From a virus (Duplodnaviria > Caudoviricetes), in IMG/VR virus record IMGVR_UViG_3300006056_000027, positions 56,648 to 120,647 of that record: DNA of 64,000 nucleotides; one strand, written 5' to 3'. The translations under genes and the position numbers were made by a program. This document shows positions 31,034-40,433 of the stretch, one piece after another. Below the pieces are notes generated by a model that was not told where the DNA came from, ran no database searches, and saw nothing but the letters and a program-made list of their open reading frames with translations. The stretch's first letter is position 1; each line of letters starts with the position of its first letter.

Positions 31034-34000
31034 TTAGTATCTTTGTTCTCGTTTATCTCTTATGTTGACATTGGTTCTACTACCACCTTTGTCACCAAAT
31101 AATGTTCTTTGTAGATTTGAAACTTTTTGACCGTCTCGTTTTGATTGGCCGTTGATATTAGTTGTTTGTCCGTATCCAGACTTTTTATAGGTAGGTGCAT
31201 TCTCGGATTGCAATGGACCAAGTATACCATCGCTTGTTGAGAATGGTACAGCTTCTTTTGTCATCTCTGGTGTTTCAGCTCCTACGAACATAGCCGTTGC
31301 AGCAAGTGCAGCAGCACCAACACTTAGTGGCATTCTATTTTTATACATATTTCTTTTAGCGGCATGAAATATATCAGATCCTCTTTGGCCAATACTCTTA
31401 ATTCTAGCTTCAGTATTAGCTGCTAATTCTTCAGACTCTATCATGTTTGCATTTGCCATAGTTTGCAAATACTCAATCATCTTATCGAATGAATGCACAT
31501 CTCTAGCGTCTTTAATTCTTGCACCAGATCTTTCTATTTGATGAGCAAACTCTACAGTTCCTTCGATTACGTCAGAAATACCTTGATTGTAATTCTTCAT
31601 AATATTGTCAGCTAAATCAATATGTCCTTCCGCTCTCTTACCTTCTGCAAATGATTTTACTTTATTTCCAAGCAAGTTTTCTAGAGCCTGTTTAGTTTGT
31701 TCTCTATACTCTCTTGTATTTCCACCTAGTAATTTCTTATAGGCACTTTGTAATGTTTCAATTTCTGAAACACCCATAGTTCTTCTTATATCTTCATTTG
31801 ATCTATGAGCTGACTTAATTAGACTTTCTGTAATGTTATGGATTACTGTTCTTCCAGTAATACTTCTAGACATTCTTTCTTCTGCAGATAATGTAGTATC
31901 ACTATCAAGCCTATGAATTAACATATCCGTCATATTCATTGCAAGGTAAGTTGCTGGTGCCGCTAAGATCTTTCTTTGTCTTCCTTTAAATGAAGATGTA
32001 GCTTGGTCTGCGTAATATGCTGCGGCTGAATTGTAATCGCCTAAGAATGATTTAGGATTGATTGCGCCATTCTTTTGTTTAGATGCCATAGCATCCATTA
32101 AATGTTGTGACTCATCAAACGCTTTATTTTGAGTGGCCATCATAGCTTCAAACATTTTCTTATGTTCTGGATTCTTAAAGTCTATACCTGTCACCCTAAT
32201 AGTGTCATAGTCATAGTCGGTAAATTGGCCTTTTTCAAAGATGTTTTTATTGCTGTTATGAGCAAACCCAACTTCGTCCTTGCCTAATTGTGCTGAAGGA
32301 TCAAAGTATGCATCACCACTAATAATAGAGAAGGCGCCTTGTGATGGTTCACGAGTCCACATATTTCTAAGCGGCCTTATGTTGCCCTTCTTATCTTTAA
32401 TCATGGCCTGCTGAATGCCACCATGACCGACATCTTCCCAATGAATGCTCTTGCTATCAATACCCATTCTTTCTGCAAGGCCGTATATTGTTGCTTTAGA
32501 ATAAGCAGCGCCAGCATTCTTCGCTGCACCACTTTCCATGAATGATGCAAAGTTTCCGCCAACACTTCTAGCTCTCATAAATGAGCTACCATCTACAGTT
32601 GACTTAGAAGCAGCCTTAGCAATATTGCCATCCCCTTTAAGAAGTCTAACGTGCATCTCTTCAACTTGTGAAAGTACATCCATATATCTAGCAGCATATG
32701 CCTTCTTATGAGCTGGTTCAGCATTGATATATTCTAAGTCTGCCTTGATTAAATCTCTTCTCTTTTTGTCTAGCTTACTAAGTATGTCTGCTTCGCCAAC
32801 TTGTAAATGTCCAGTTCTATTAGTAGTTAAAAAGGATATTGGCACACTTTTAATTTTGCCACCCTTCTTGCCATATTCTTCTGGAGTTGACAGGTTGTAG
32901 GACAGGAAGTCTCCTTGAGCGGTTAACGCGCCTTTAAGTGCATTCTTTCTATTCTCTGGAATAAAATCAAATGAATCAACTATTTGATTACCATGCGTAG
33001 CTTTAATATTGTCAGGTATTTCCTTATCAATAGCAGCCATAGACTGAATCATTCTTAATTCAAATGCTGCATCAGCACTAGGTCTAGTAATTACACCAAG
33101 CATGTCATCAGTCCATCCAGAAGCTTTTAATTGCTTTCTTTCTAGCCATGACATTGAACCAACGTTTCCGATACCATGCAATCCTTCTCCTAGGTCAGCA
33201 ACAACTCTGGTTTGTAATGCTGCTACATCTGACATTGACTTAACATTTCTATCAATTACACTACGTAATGCATTTTCAGCAACATCTCTATTCTCAACTA
33301 ATAGTCTTCCGCCGCGAAGATTATCTAAATCCTGTAAGCCTTTTGTATCATTGTTTTTAGATGCAAGGTTTCTTAGCGTTACAAACAGATCAGAATTGCC
33401 TTTAAAGTCCATCTGAGACTGAATGAATATAGATGCCTTGGTTTTAGATAGCTCGTCGCTTTTCGCATCCTGGAGTATCTTAACGGCATTCCCAAATAGT
33501 CCTTTCTCATTAAGCTTGTTGGCATCTGTAAGAGTTTGTATAAGCTTGTTGTGGTCATATAGTGCATCAGCTCCAGAGTCTTTTGCTCCAAGCATAATAT
33601 CGCCAGCTATCCCAAATCTATTTACAAGATGCTTTGCAGCGCCATCTATATTTCCAGATGTCATTAATGAATTGATTTGTAGTTTTGCAACATCAGCATT
33701 TGCTGTATAGCCTTTTAGTGCGTATCTTTTTCTTCTTAATTCTAAGACATAATCTTTGAAGCCTTTAGACTTTTCATCAATTGAATATCCAGAAGCACTT
33801 GAGTCGAATGAAATAATACCTGACCTTCTTAGGTTCTCCATTGTTGATATGGCTTTAAACTGGCTATCTGTAACTGATGTGTAACCAGCTTTAGAAGATG
33901 TACCAAATAGTTTTAACCATCTTTGTATTGATGCGTCAAATGATGCTTCTACGTTTATTTTTAATGCAGAGTTGTTTGTCCAAGCAGATTTAATTATTCC

Positions 34001-35809
34001 ACCTGTGTAAACATTTCCAATCCTTGATTCCTTGCCAAGCTTATCAAATCCTACGACGTCATTTGCTCCAAGTTTAATATTCTCAAGCATTGCCTGTCTC
34101 TTGGTTAAGTCACTTTCCGACATAGCTTTTGCAAGTTCTTCATGGATAATTGGATAAAGACCATTCTCTCCTTTTGCTATTTCTAAAGAGATGTGTTGCT
34201 TCTCTGACAGTCTAGCAAGAGATTCTTCGTTAATAAGACCAGCACCATCTGCAATACTTACATGTCCTCCAAATAATTTAGAGATATAACTACTCATTCC
34301 TGAATCAATATCTACTCTTGAAACTATCTTTTCATTACCAGCACCGAGTCTGGCCCCAGGCTCTTCAATGTATCCTCTGCCAGTTACGACATCTGTAGCA
34401 CGTTCCATCGTCGGTACAAAGGCATCATCCAAGGCTAGGTTCTTAAAGTCCAATGCAGAGAAGTATCCAACAGTGTTTAGTCCTTGTCCAGCTAATGGAT
34501 TATACCCTTCGTGCGCGAACTCATTGCCTAGTCTTCTTAATAGGTTGCTCATCTCTGATGCGCTACCGTTCTCAGAAATAGACTTAATTTTGTTTAATTT
34601 CATTAAGCCGTCGTCTTTAATTTCAATAGCGTCTTCAAAGTATACGGATGCACCAGATAGCCTTCTCATATATTCTGAAAACTTACTATCAGGCATCGAA
34701 GTAAGATCTCCTAGTTTGTTATAGGCAAGTGGAGAGTCTGCAGCAACATACTGCATTTGCTTCATTGTTTTTTCATACCAGTCCGCTATATTAACCTTGC
34801 CATCTTTCTTTTCCATGAAGCCTATAATGTCTTCTGGAGCCATCTTCGTCTTAATAAGTTCAGATATATTATCTGATCCCATAATGTCTTTTAGTAGTGG
34901 TTCATTAAAATATGCTTGGCCATTGGCGTAGAGTCTTCCAAATGGATTAATTGGCTTTGATGCGTATAGCGTATCTCCAATTTTTGCAAAGCGAGCACTA
35001 CCACCTTTGTTTTGAACTGTTAGTGGAATCTCATGCGCTACACCATTTTGTTGAGCTATTAATGTGCTTCCTTTCACAACAAAATCTGTACCATGAAGGC
35101 CATGCAATAACAGTCCTGCTTTTCTAGTAGCTTCTTCTTTGCCATATCCTAATTGATTAATAAAATGACTAGACAGTATATTGAGACTATTTGCCTTATT
35201 TGAGGTTGAGTTTATATGTACTGTTTTAAGTGTTTCTTGGAACTTATTATCTGCGGCATCTACTAATTGGATTTTAGTATCTAACTTTCTAGCATTACTA
35301 ATTGCCGATATAGCTTTTTCTTCTGTGTCAGATCCCATAATAAACTTAGAAAGATTATCTAGGTAATCATTAGAATTAGATCCAAGCTCTGCTGGTAGCG
35401 TAACACCTCTAGCGCTAGCAAGTGTCAATACGTTGTGTTGCAATATTTCTATTCTTGATTTAAGCCTATCAACGTGATTAATAGCTCTATCTAGCTTCTT
35501 GGCATTGTTTCTAGTTTGTTTCCATCCACCTATTGCAACTACAAGATTCTCAGCTTTCTTTAACTTGGAATTAAGTCCTGTAACCTTATCTGATAAGTTT
35601 TGACGATCAAATTGTTTAGACATAAGCATAGAGCTGTCATATTTGAATACAGCATTCTTTTTAGAAAAAGGAGATACCACTTTTGAGTAAGAAGAATAAT
35701 ACGCAGTAGCAGCTCCTATACCGCTACCTAATATTCCAGCGATAGGATGATCAAGTGGATCTTGTGATAGGCCACCTATAGCAGCCCCTGTTAATAATTT
35801 TAATGACAT
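31034..35809 (-). CDS. Putative single-subunit two-barrel (fused beta/beta'-like) DNA-dependent RNA polymerase, probably virion-associated
   Basis: Collinear motifs: IADGAGLI, KLFGTSSKAG, ERKQLKASG...ML, LLKGDGNIAKAASKSTVDGSS, TREPSQGAFSI, TDYDYDT, TESLIKSAH. Details in the findings. Confidence 0.78.
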   Translation of the reverse strand: MSLKLLTGAAIGGLSQDPLDHPIAGILGSGIGAATAYYSSYSKVVSPFSKKNAVFKYDSSMLMSKQFDRQNLSDKVTGLNSKLKKAENLVVAIGGWKQTRNNAKKLDRAINHVDRLKSRIEILQHNVLTLASARGVTLPAELGSNSNDYLDNLSKFIMGSDTEEKAISAISNARKLDTKIQLVDAADNKFQETLKTVHINSTSNKANSLNILSSHFINQLGYGKEEATRKAGLLLHGLHGTDFVVKGSTLIAQQNGVAHEIPLTVQNKGGSARFAKIGDTLYASKPINPFGRLYANGQAYFNEPLLKDIMGSDNISELIKTKMAPEDIIGFMEKKDGKVNIADWYEKTMKQMQYVAADSPLAYNKLGDLTSMPDSKFSEYMRRLSGASVYFEDAIEIKDDGLMKLNKIKSISENGSASEMSNLLRRLGNEFAHEGYNPLAGQGLNTVGYFSALDFKNLALDDAFVPTMERATDVVTGRGYIEEPGARLGAGNEKIVSRVDIDSGMSSYISKLFGGHVSIADGAGLINEESLARLSEKQHISLEIAKGENGLYPIIHEELAKAMSESDLTKRQAMLENIKLGANDVVGFDKLGKESRIGNVYTGGIIKSAWTNNSALKINVEASFDASIQRWLKLFGTSSKAGYTSVTDSQFKAISTMENLRRSGIISFDSSASGYSIDEKSKGFKDYVLELRRKRYALKGYTANADVAKLQINSLMTSGNIDGAAKHLVNRFGIAGDIMLGAKDSGADALYDHNKLIQTLTDANKLNEKGLFGNAVKILQDAKSDELSKTKASIFIQSQMDFKGNSDLFVTLRNLASKNNDTKGLQDLDNLRGGRLLVENRDVAENALRSVIDRNVKSMSDVAALQTRVVADLGEGLHGIGNVGSMSWLERKQLKASGWTDDMLGVITRPSADAAFELRMIQSMAAIDKEIPDNIKATHGNQIVDSFDFIPENRKNALKGALTAQGDFLSYNLSTPEEYGKKGGKIKSVPISFLTTNRTGHLQVGEADILSKLDKKRRDLIKADLEYINAEPAHKKAYAARYMDVLSQVEEMHVRLLKGDGNIAKAASKSTVDGSSFMRARSVGGNFASFMESGAAKNAGAAYSKATIYGLAERMGIDSKSIHWEDVGHGGIQQAMIKDKKGNIRPLRNMWTREPSQGAFSIISGDAYFDPSAQLGKDEVGFAHNSNKNIFEKGQFTDYDYDTIRVTGIDFKNPEHKKMFEAMMATQNKAFDESQHLMDAMASKQKNGAINPKSFLGDYNSAAAYYADQATSSFKGRQRKILAAPATYLAMNMTDMLIHRLDSDTTLSAEERMSRSITGRTVIHNITESLIKSAHRSNEDIRRTMGVSEIETLQSAYKKLLGGNTREYREQTKQALENLLGNKVKSFAEGKRAEGHIDLADNIMKNYNQGISDVIEGTVEFAHQIERSGARIKDARDVHSFDKMIEYLQTMANANMIESEELAANTEARIKSIGQRGSDIFHAAKRNMYKNRMPLSVGAAALAATAMFVGAETPEMTKEAVPFSTSDGILGPLQSENAPTYKKSGYGQTTNINGQSKRDGQKVSNLQRTLFGDKGGSRTNVNIRDKREQRY

Positions 35810-38800
35810 TATGCACCAATGTTAAAGTTTAAATTGTCTGTCTTGCTTATATGGAATTGTACGCTATCAACGTCTACTCCACGTTTATATAGTTCACTTT
35901 TAATACTAGCGGAAGATCTTTTTTCTTCCTTGATGGAATTTTTGATCTGCTCGATTTGTCCAGTAACTTGTTTTTCTTGTTGAACTATTGATAATCTTCT
36001 TAGTCTATTCTCATCGCTATCCCAAAAGCCATACTCTCTTACATCTTCTTTGCCAATTGATAATGTTTGTAGCTTGATATCTTTCATATCTATCCTAGGA
36101 TCCCATCCAGCAAAGTTTCTATCTGGAACGCCAGTTGTTCTTTTTACATAACTTTCTACTTCTTTATCTTGTACAAATTCAGAGAATGAAGATGATTCTT
36201 TTTCATTACTTCTTTTGTATTGTTCGTATAGGCCTCTATTATCTGATATTAAGTCTGACTCTTCATTGCTAACTATATTCATAACAGCAGCAGTTTGAGC
36301 TTCTGGACTTGAGGCTCCAGCGATAGCGTCTCTACGTTTCCACAACTTGCTATATAAATTTGCTATATCTGTAGGAACCATATCAACTATTTGAGATCTT
36401 TCTTCTGAACTAGTAGCTCCTGAGAATGCTGCGAAGTACGCTTTCTGTCTATCTGGTAATGCTATGTAAGCTCTGGTCACTTCCATATTCTCATCTAAGC
36501 CAGTAGTCAATGCCCCAGTAACGGTTGCTTGATATTTCTTTTTATACTCATGTGCGTTGCCATCTCCGCTTGCCACAGACTCTTTGTATAGATTTCTATA
36601 CTTCATATACTCTAATCTGTCAAAATATGTATCTATAGCATTTCTTTCTTGTGCTTCTTCTGGCATATCATTTGACGGATCTAGCTTATTAGCAAACGGT
36701 TTAAGGAAATGATCGTATGGCTTTGTCCACATACCGACATCAGAACCTTCTATTTGTGTTGCTATATAATCTTCTGTAGCTGTTCTTTGATGTATAAACT
36801 TAGCTGCTGGTCTAAAGAATGTTAATGTTTCTGTTGGAGCTTCAGCAAGACGTGATGAGACGCTCCACAATGACGATAGAGCCGTGTCAACGAATCCAGC
36901 ATCTTGCATATCCTCTTTGGTTAAAGGTGTGGCAAAACGCTTCTGTATGGATCTCTGAGACTCTTGATCCTTGATTGTGGAATACATTCCTTGTTCATAG
37001 TCTGTTAATTGACCCTGAACAGATCTTGCTTCCATAATATCTTTGTATTGATAGTATTCGTCACTACCTAAAGCGACATCTGAAAGGATTTTATACTTGA
37101 AGATATCTGGATAATCTTTTGGATCAATACCTTTAAGTTCTGGGAATAATTCAGAATAGCCTTCGCCAGGAAGTCTATAGTATCCTCTATCTACTTTTGA
37201 ATAAGGGTCGCCAATAGAGAAGTCTTGCCAGTAATTATTAGGATCATGAGGTAGCCATTCTGGCATTAAGTTTCTTAAAGGGTTTGCAGAATCAACAATA
37301 GATCCTGAGTTTGTAGGAATAAATCTTCTAAGTGATTCACCTATTGGACCCATACCGCCGAGATTTCTTTCTAATAAGTCTCTAGCTATATTATTGCTTT
37401 CACCAGATCTAGCTAGTTGTAATCCAGAATCACCAACTCCAGTATGGGTATAGTCGTTCATCAACGACACAGCCCAACCTTTTAAGCCAGCAAAGTCTGT
37501 TAAAGCATTATAAGATCCATCTGCAAGTTCTCTATTCAGATTCATCTTTGCATTTTCAGGGGCTAACATTTTGCCTTCCTGAACTAAAGATGCTTCCTCG
37601 TCTGTCACTTTCTGCTTAAGAGATACGCCCTGTTCTGAATCTAAAGATCCGCCATCAACATATTCACTTAGTCTTTCATTAACTAAGTCAGGCTTAATTA
37701 CTCTTCCAATTGTTCCTTCAAATATTTTACCGAATACACCAGCATGAGATACTGACATTCCCCAAACTGGATATGGAGATCTTTCTTGGTTAAGTTCTTC
37801 GTATCTGTATGGGTTTCTTAAATAATCAAATGGATGTAGGAATGGATTAAGATCGCTCTTTGTTTCTTGATCGCCGTACTTACCAACTGTTTCGGCATCG
37901 TTCATTAACTGTGAATACCAAGACTTTGTAAAATACTTAATCTTACCGCCTTCATATTCAGTACCACCAGATGTCCAGAATCTTGTTGATCTGATTGCTA
38001 CATCTTCTTCACCAGAATATTCTTTTCTTAATTGCTCTGAAGACTCACCTACTAGTGCTCCTGGAAGGAATGGTAATGCTGGAATTGCACCGACTATAGC
38101 ACCTAATGCTGCGAGTTTCTTAACCTTGGTCAGCTTAACTCCGTCTGCTGGATCTCTAAGTAAAACCTTATTAACTAGAGAAGACTCTGTTTCTCTAGCA
38201 AAGATCTTTTCCGTTTCTGCAAAGCCTCTAATCGCTGTTGAGGCAAGTCTTGTTGAATAACCTACAGTACCACCAAACATGGCACCAGCTAATGGAAAAC
38301 CTGCTAATGCAATTACGCTAGTAGACCCAGGCGCATAATATTCTTGTCTTTCTTTATATCCCTGAAAGTTATCAGACCATGCAGATGCAACACCAACTCT
38401 AGCAGTTGTATATCCAGTTGCTAATCCAGGAAGTATCCCTTTATCAAATGGAGAAGACTGATCTGCTACTGATTTAACTACTTCATTAAGAATGCTTAAA
38501 CCAGCTCCAGCCATCAATGATGCTTTTGCTATATTGCCAGCACTCATTGCAAATGATCTAGGAACAGACTTTGTATAATCTCCTTTAGTGCCTAAGCCTA
38601 AGCTAAGACTATCTCTAACGCCATGAAGGAAATTGTACTTCTGAGGAAGACCAGTTTTATCTATTAGTTCTGCAAAGAAGTCTAATGGCTTATCAAATAT
38701 CTTAAAGCCAGGCTCTATAGATAATCTACCAAAAGCCCTAGACCATCCAAGCATCATGTCACTTTGACTCTTACCAGCTATAACACCTAATTTTCCATTC

Positions 38801-39495
38801 TCTGATAAAGCAGCGTTATAGAATCTAGAAGCATCTTCTACTCCCATAACATTTCTAAACTTTTCATATACTCTGTTTAGGAATGGAGAGCTTTTTTCAC
38901 CAAGACCTTTATCTACATCTGGAGACAGGGAAACGATTCTTGCATGCTCAAGTAAGGTTGATGACATATCTGCCGAGTATAATTTACCAGATTGATATAC
39001 GGCACCACTTCTAAATACTTCATCTATTACTTGTGGATGTAGATTATTACCCTTCTCTGCAAATAGTTTTCTAAAATATTCTTCATCTAGAAACAATTGC
39101 GTTGCAGTTATGTTAATTGGAACTGTGTCTTTTGGAAGATTAGTTACCGATAACAGACTTGATGTATGAAAGGTTCTTAGGATTTTAAATGGAGATAGTT
39201 CTTCAGCACCTTTAGCGAATGCAAGGCTTAGGTCACCAAGAGTAACCTTTCTTTTAATAGCAAGATCTGACCATGCCGTATCATTATATCTAATATAATC
39301 ATTTAAGATGTTTAACTTAAACAACCTAGACGCAGCAGACTGACCTATATCTGTATTTAATAAATAGGCAGCACCAGCCATAGATGCAGAAACGCCACCT
39401 ATTTCTAAGATGGCGTTATTACTTTTCTCTTTTCTTGCTCTCTCAAATTCCTCGTAGGTATTCGCAGATGAGCTAACATAGTTTGCTTCATTCAT
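35809..39495 (-). CDS. Tape-measure-position protein / putative ejected membrane-channel protein
   Basis: 1228 aa directly after two chaperone-like genes; several Gly/Ala-rich hydrophobic segments in the N-terminal half. Confidence 0.5.
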   Translation of the reverse strand: MNEANYVSSSANTYEEFERARKEKSNNAILEIGGVSASMAGAAYLLNTDIGQSAASRLFKLNILNDYIRYNDTAWSDLAIKRKVTLGDLSLAFAKGAEELSPFKILRTFHTSSLLSVTNLPKDTVPINITATQLFLDEEYFRKLFAEKGNNLHPQVIDEVFRSGAVYQSGKLYSADMSSTLLEHARIVSLSPDVDKGLGEKSSPFLNRVYEKFRNVMGVEDASRFYNAALSENGKLGVIAGKSQSDMMLGWSRAFGRLSIEPGFKIFDKPLDFFAELIDKTGLPQKYNFLHGVRDSLSLGLGTKGDYTKSVPRSFAMSAGNIAKASLMAGAGLSILNEVVKSVADQSSPFDKGILPGLATGYTTARVGVASAWSDNFQGYKERQEYYAPGSTSVIALAGFPLAGAMFGGTVGYSTRLASTAIRGFAETEKIFARETESSLVNKVLLRDPADGVKLTKVKKLAALGAIVGAIPALPFLPGALVGESSEQLRKEYSGEEDVAIRSTRFWTSGGTEYEGGKIKYFTKSWYSQLMNDAETVGKYGDQETKSDLNPFLHPFDYLRNPYRYEELNQERSPYPVWGMSVSHAGVFGKIFEGTIGRVIKPDLVNERLSEYVDGGSLDSEQGVSLKQKVTDEEASLVQEGKMLAPENAKMNLNRELADGSYNALTDFAGLKGWAVSLMNDYTHTGVGDSGLQLARSGESNNIARDLLERNLGGMGPIGESLRRFIPTNSGSIVDSANPLRNLMPEWLPHDPNNYWQDFSIGDPYSKVDRGYYRLPGEGYSELFPELKGIDPKDYPDIFKYKILSDVALGSDEYYQYKDIMEARSVQGQLTDYEQGMYSTIKDQESQRSIQKRFATPLTKEDMQDAGFVDTALSSLWSVSSRLAEAPTETLTFFRPAAKFIHQRTATEDYIATQIEGSDVGMWTKPYDHFLKPFANKLDPSNDMPEEAQERNAIDTYFDRLEYMKYRNLYKESVASGDGNAHEYKKKYQATVTGALTTGLDENMEVTRAYIALPDRQKAYFAAFSGATSSEERSQIVDMVPTDIANLYSKLWKRRDAIAGASSPEAQTAAVMNIVSNEESDLISDNRGLYEQYKRSNEKESSSFSEFVQDKEVESYVKRTTGVPDRNFAGWDPRIDMKDIKLQTLSIGKEDVREYGFWDSDENRLRRLSIVQQEKQVTGQIEQIKNSIKEEKRSSASIKSELYKRGVDVDSVQFHISKTDNLNFNIGA

Positions 39496-40009
39496 TTTGA
39501 ATTGTTTCTATTGGATTAACTTCTTGCTGGAACGTTGTCAAGCATATTGTATAAAGCCTAAATAGTTCATTAACTGGAAACTGTTCAACTTCTCTAAATG
39601 GAGTAGACATAAATCTTGATACTATAGCTTGCATAGAATGCAGGACATTTATCTGTGCCTTGCATTCTTCTATATAGCCTAGAACGTTTTCCACATACTG
39701 CATGCTCTTGCCAACTATTGCGGTTGCCAAGGTAGATACAATACCAGCTTCCATTCCGTCCCAATCAACCGCATCGGTTATGCCAATAAAGCTTTCAAAT
39801 GTGTTGTTGACAATATCTTGTTCTATTTCTATTGATGCAACTGGTTCATTAAGATCAAATAGGTTTACCCTTTCTAATTCTTTAACAGTTAACAACCTAG
39901 CTATGCAAATCGGTTCATCATATACAATACCATTAATAGTAACGCATTGCCCTAAGAGAGGAATTGATACTCCGCTTATGCCAGCAGAAAGAATATTGTC
40001 TAGCTTCAT
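39488..40009 (-). CDS. Putative tail assembly chaperone
   Basis: ARLLTVKELE motif, acidic, second of two chaperone-sized genes after the tube genes. Confidence 0.5.
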   Translation of the reverse strand: MKLDNILSAGISGVSIPLLGQCVTINGIVYDEPICIARLLTVKELERVNLFDLNEPVASIEIEQDIVNNTFESFIGITDAVDWDGMEAGIVSTLATAIVGKSMQYVENVLGYIEECKAQINVLHSMQAIVSRFMSTPFREVEQFPVNELFRLYTICLTTFQQEVNPIETIQNE

Positions 40010-40425
40010 TAGATGACCTTAATTAAGTTCAATGCCATTTGATCCGAAACAAATCCCGATCTGTATAGTATCTGTTTTGCTAAAGTAGGAACAACTCCAG
40101 CATCTGATACAGATACATTCTCTGCCGATACTTTTGGCCAAAGAACACATCTACGAACAACGGTTTCTTCGTATAACATTGGATTCTTTACGATTCCGTT
40201 ATTAACCATTTGCTTATATTCTTGCCTGTTAATAGTTCTCCATACATAAATAGAGTCGTCTCCAAGGACAGATGATACAAAGATTTTGCCGTAGTTATCT
40301 TTCCATGCTTCTACAGTTAGTTCATCTGGTGCATCTTCGTATGTTGACAGAACTGCTAATAGCTCAGCTAGATTGTCGTCCTTTACATTAACCGCTTCTT
40401 CTTGTGTTTCAATTGTGTCTGACAT
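40009..40425 (-). CDS. Tail assembly chaperone
   Basis: WKDNYGKIF...YVWRTINRQEYK...CVLWP...AGVVPTLAKQILYRSGF; acidic N-terminus; canonical position. Confidence 0.65.
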   Translation of the reverse strand: MSDTIETQEEAVNVKDDNLAELLAVLSTYEDAPDELTVEAWKDNYGKIFVSSVLGDDSIYVWRTINRQEYKQMVNNGIVKNPMLYEETVVRRCVLWPKVSAENVSVSDAGVVPTLAKQILYRSGFVSDQMALNLIKVI

Positions 40426-40433
40426 TTAAGTTC

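Noticed and set aside
31034-35809. Default annotation as tape measure protein
   Set aside because: Seven collinear RNA polymerase motifs and clear beta-strand segments do not fit an all-helical ruler protein.
39488-40425. Programmed -1 frameshift between the two tail chaperone genes
   Set aside because: I found no X XXY YYZ slippery heptamer near the end of the first gene, and the second gene has its own ATG in a TAATG overlap.
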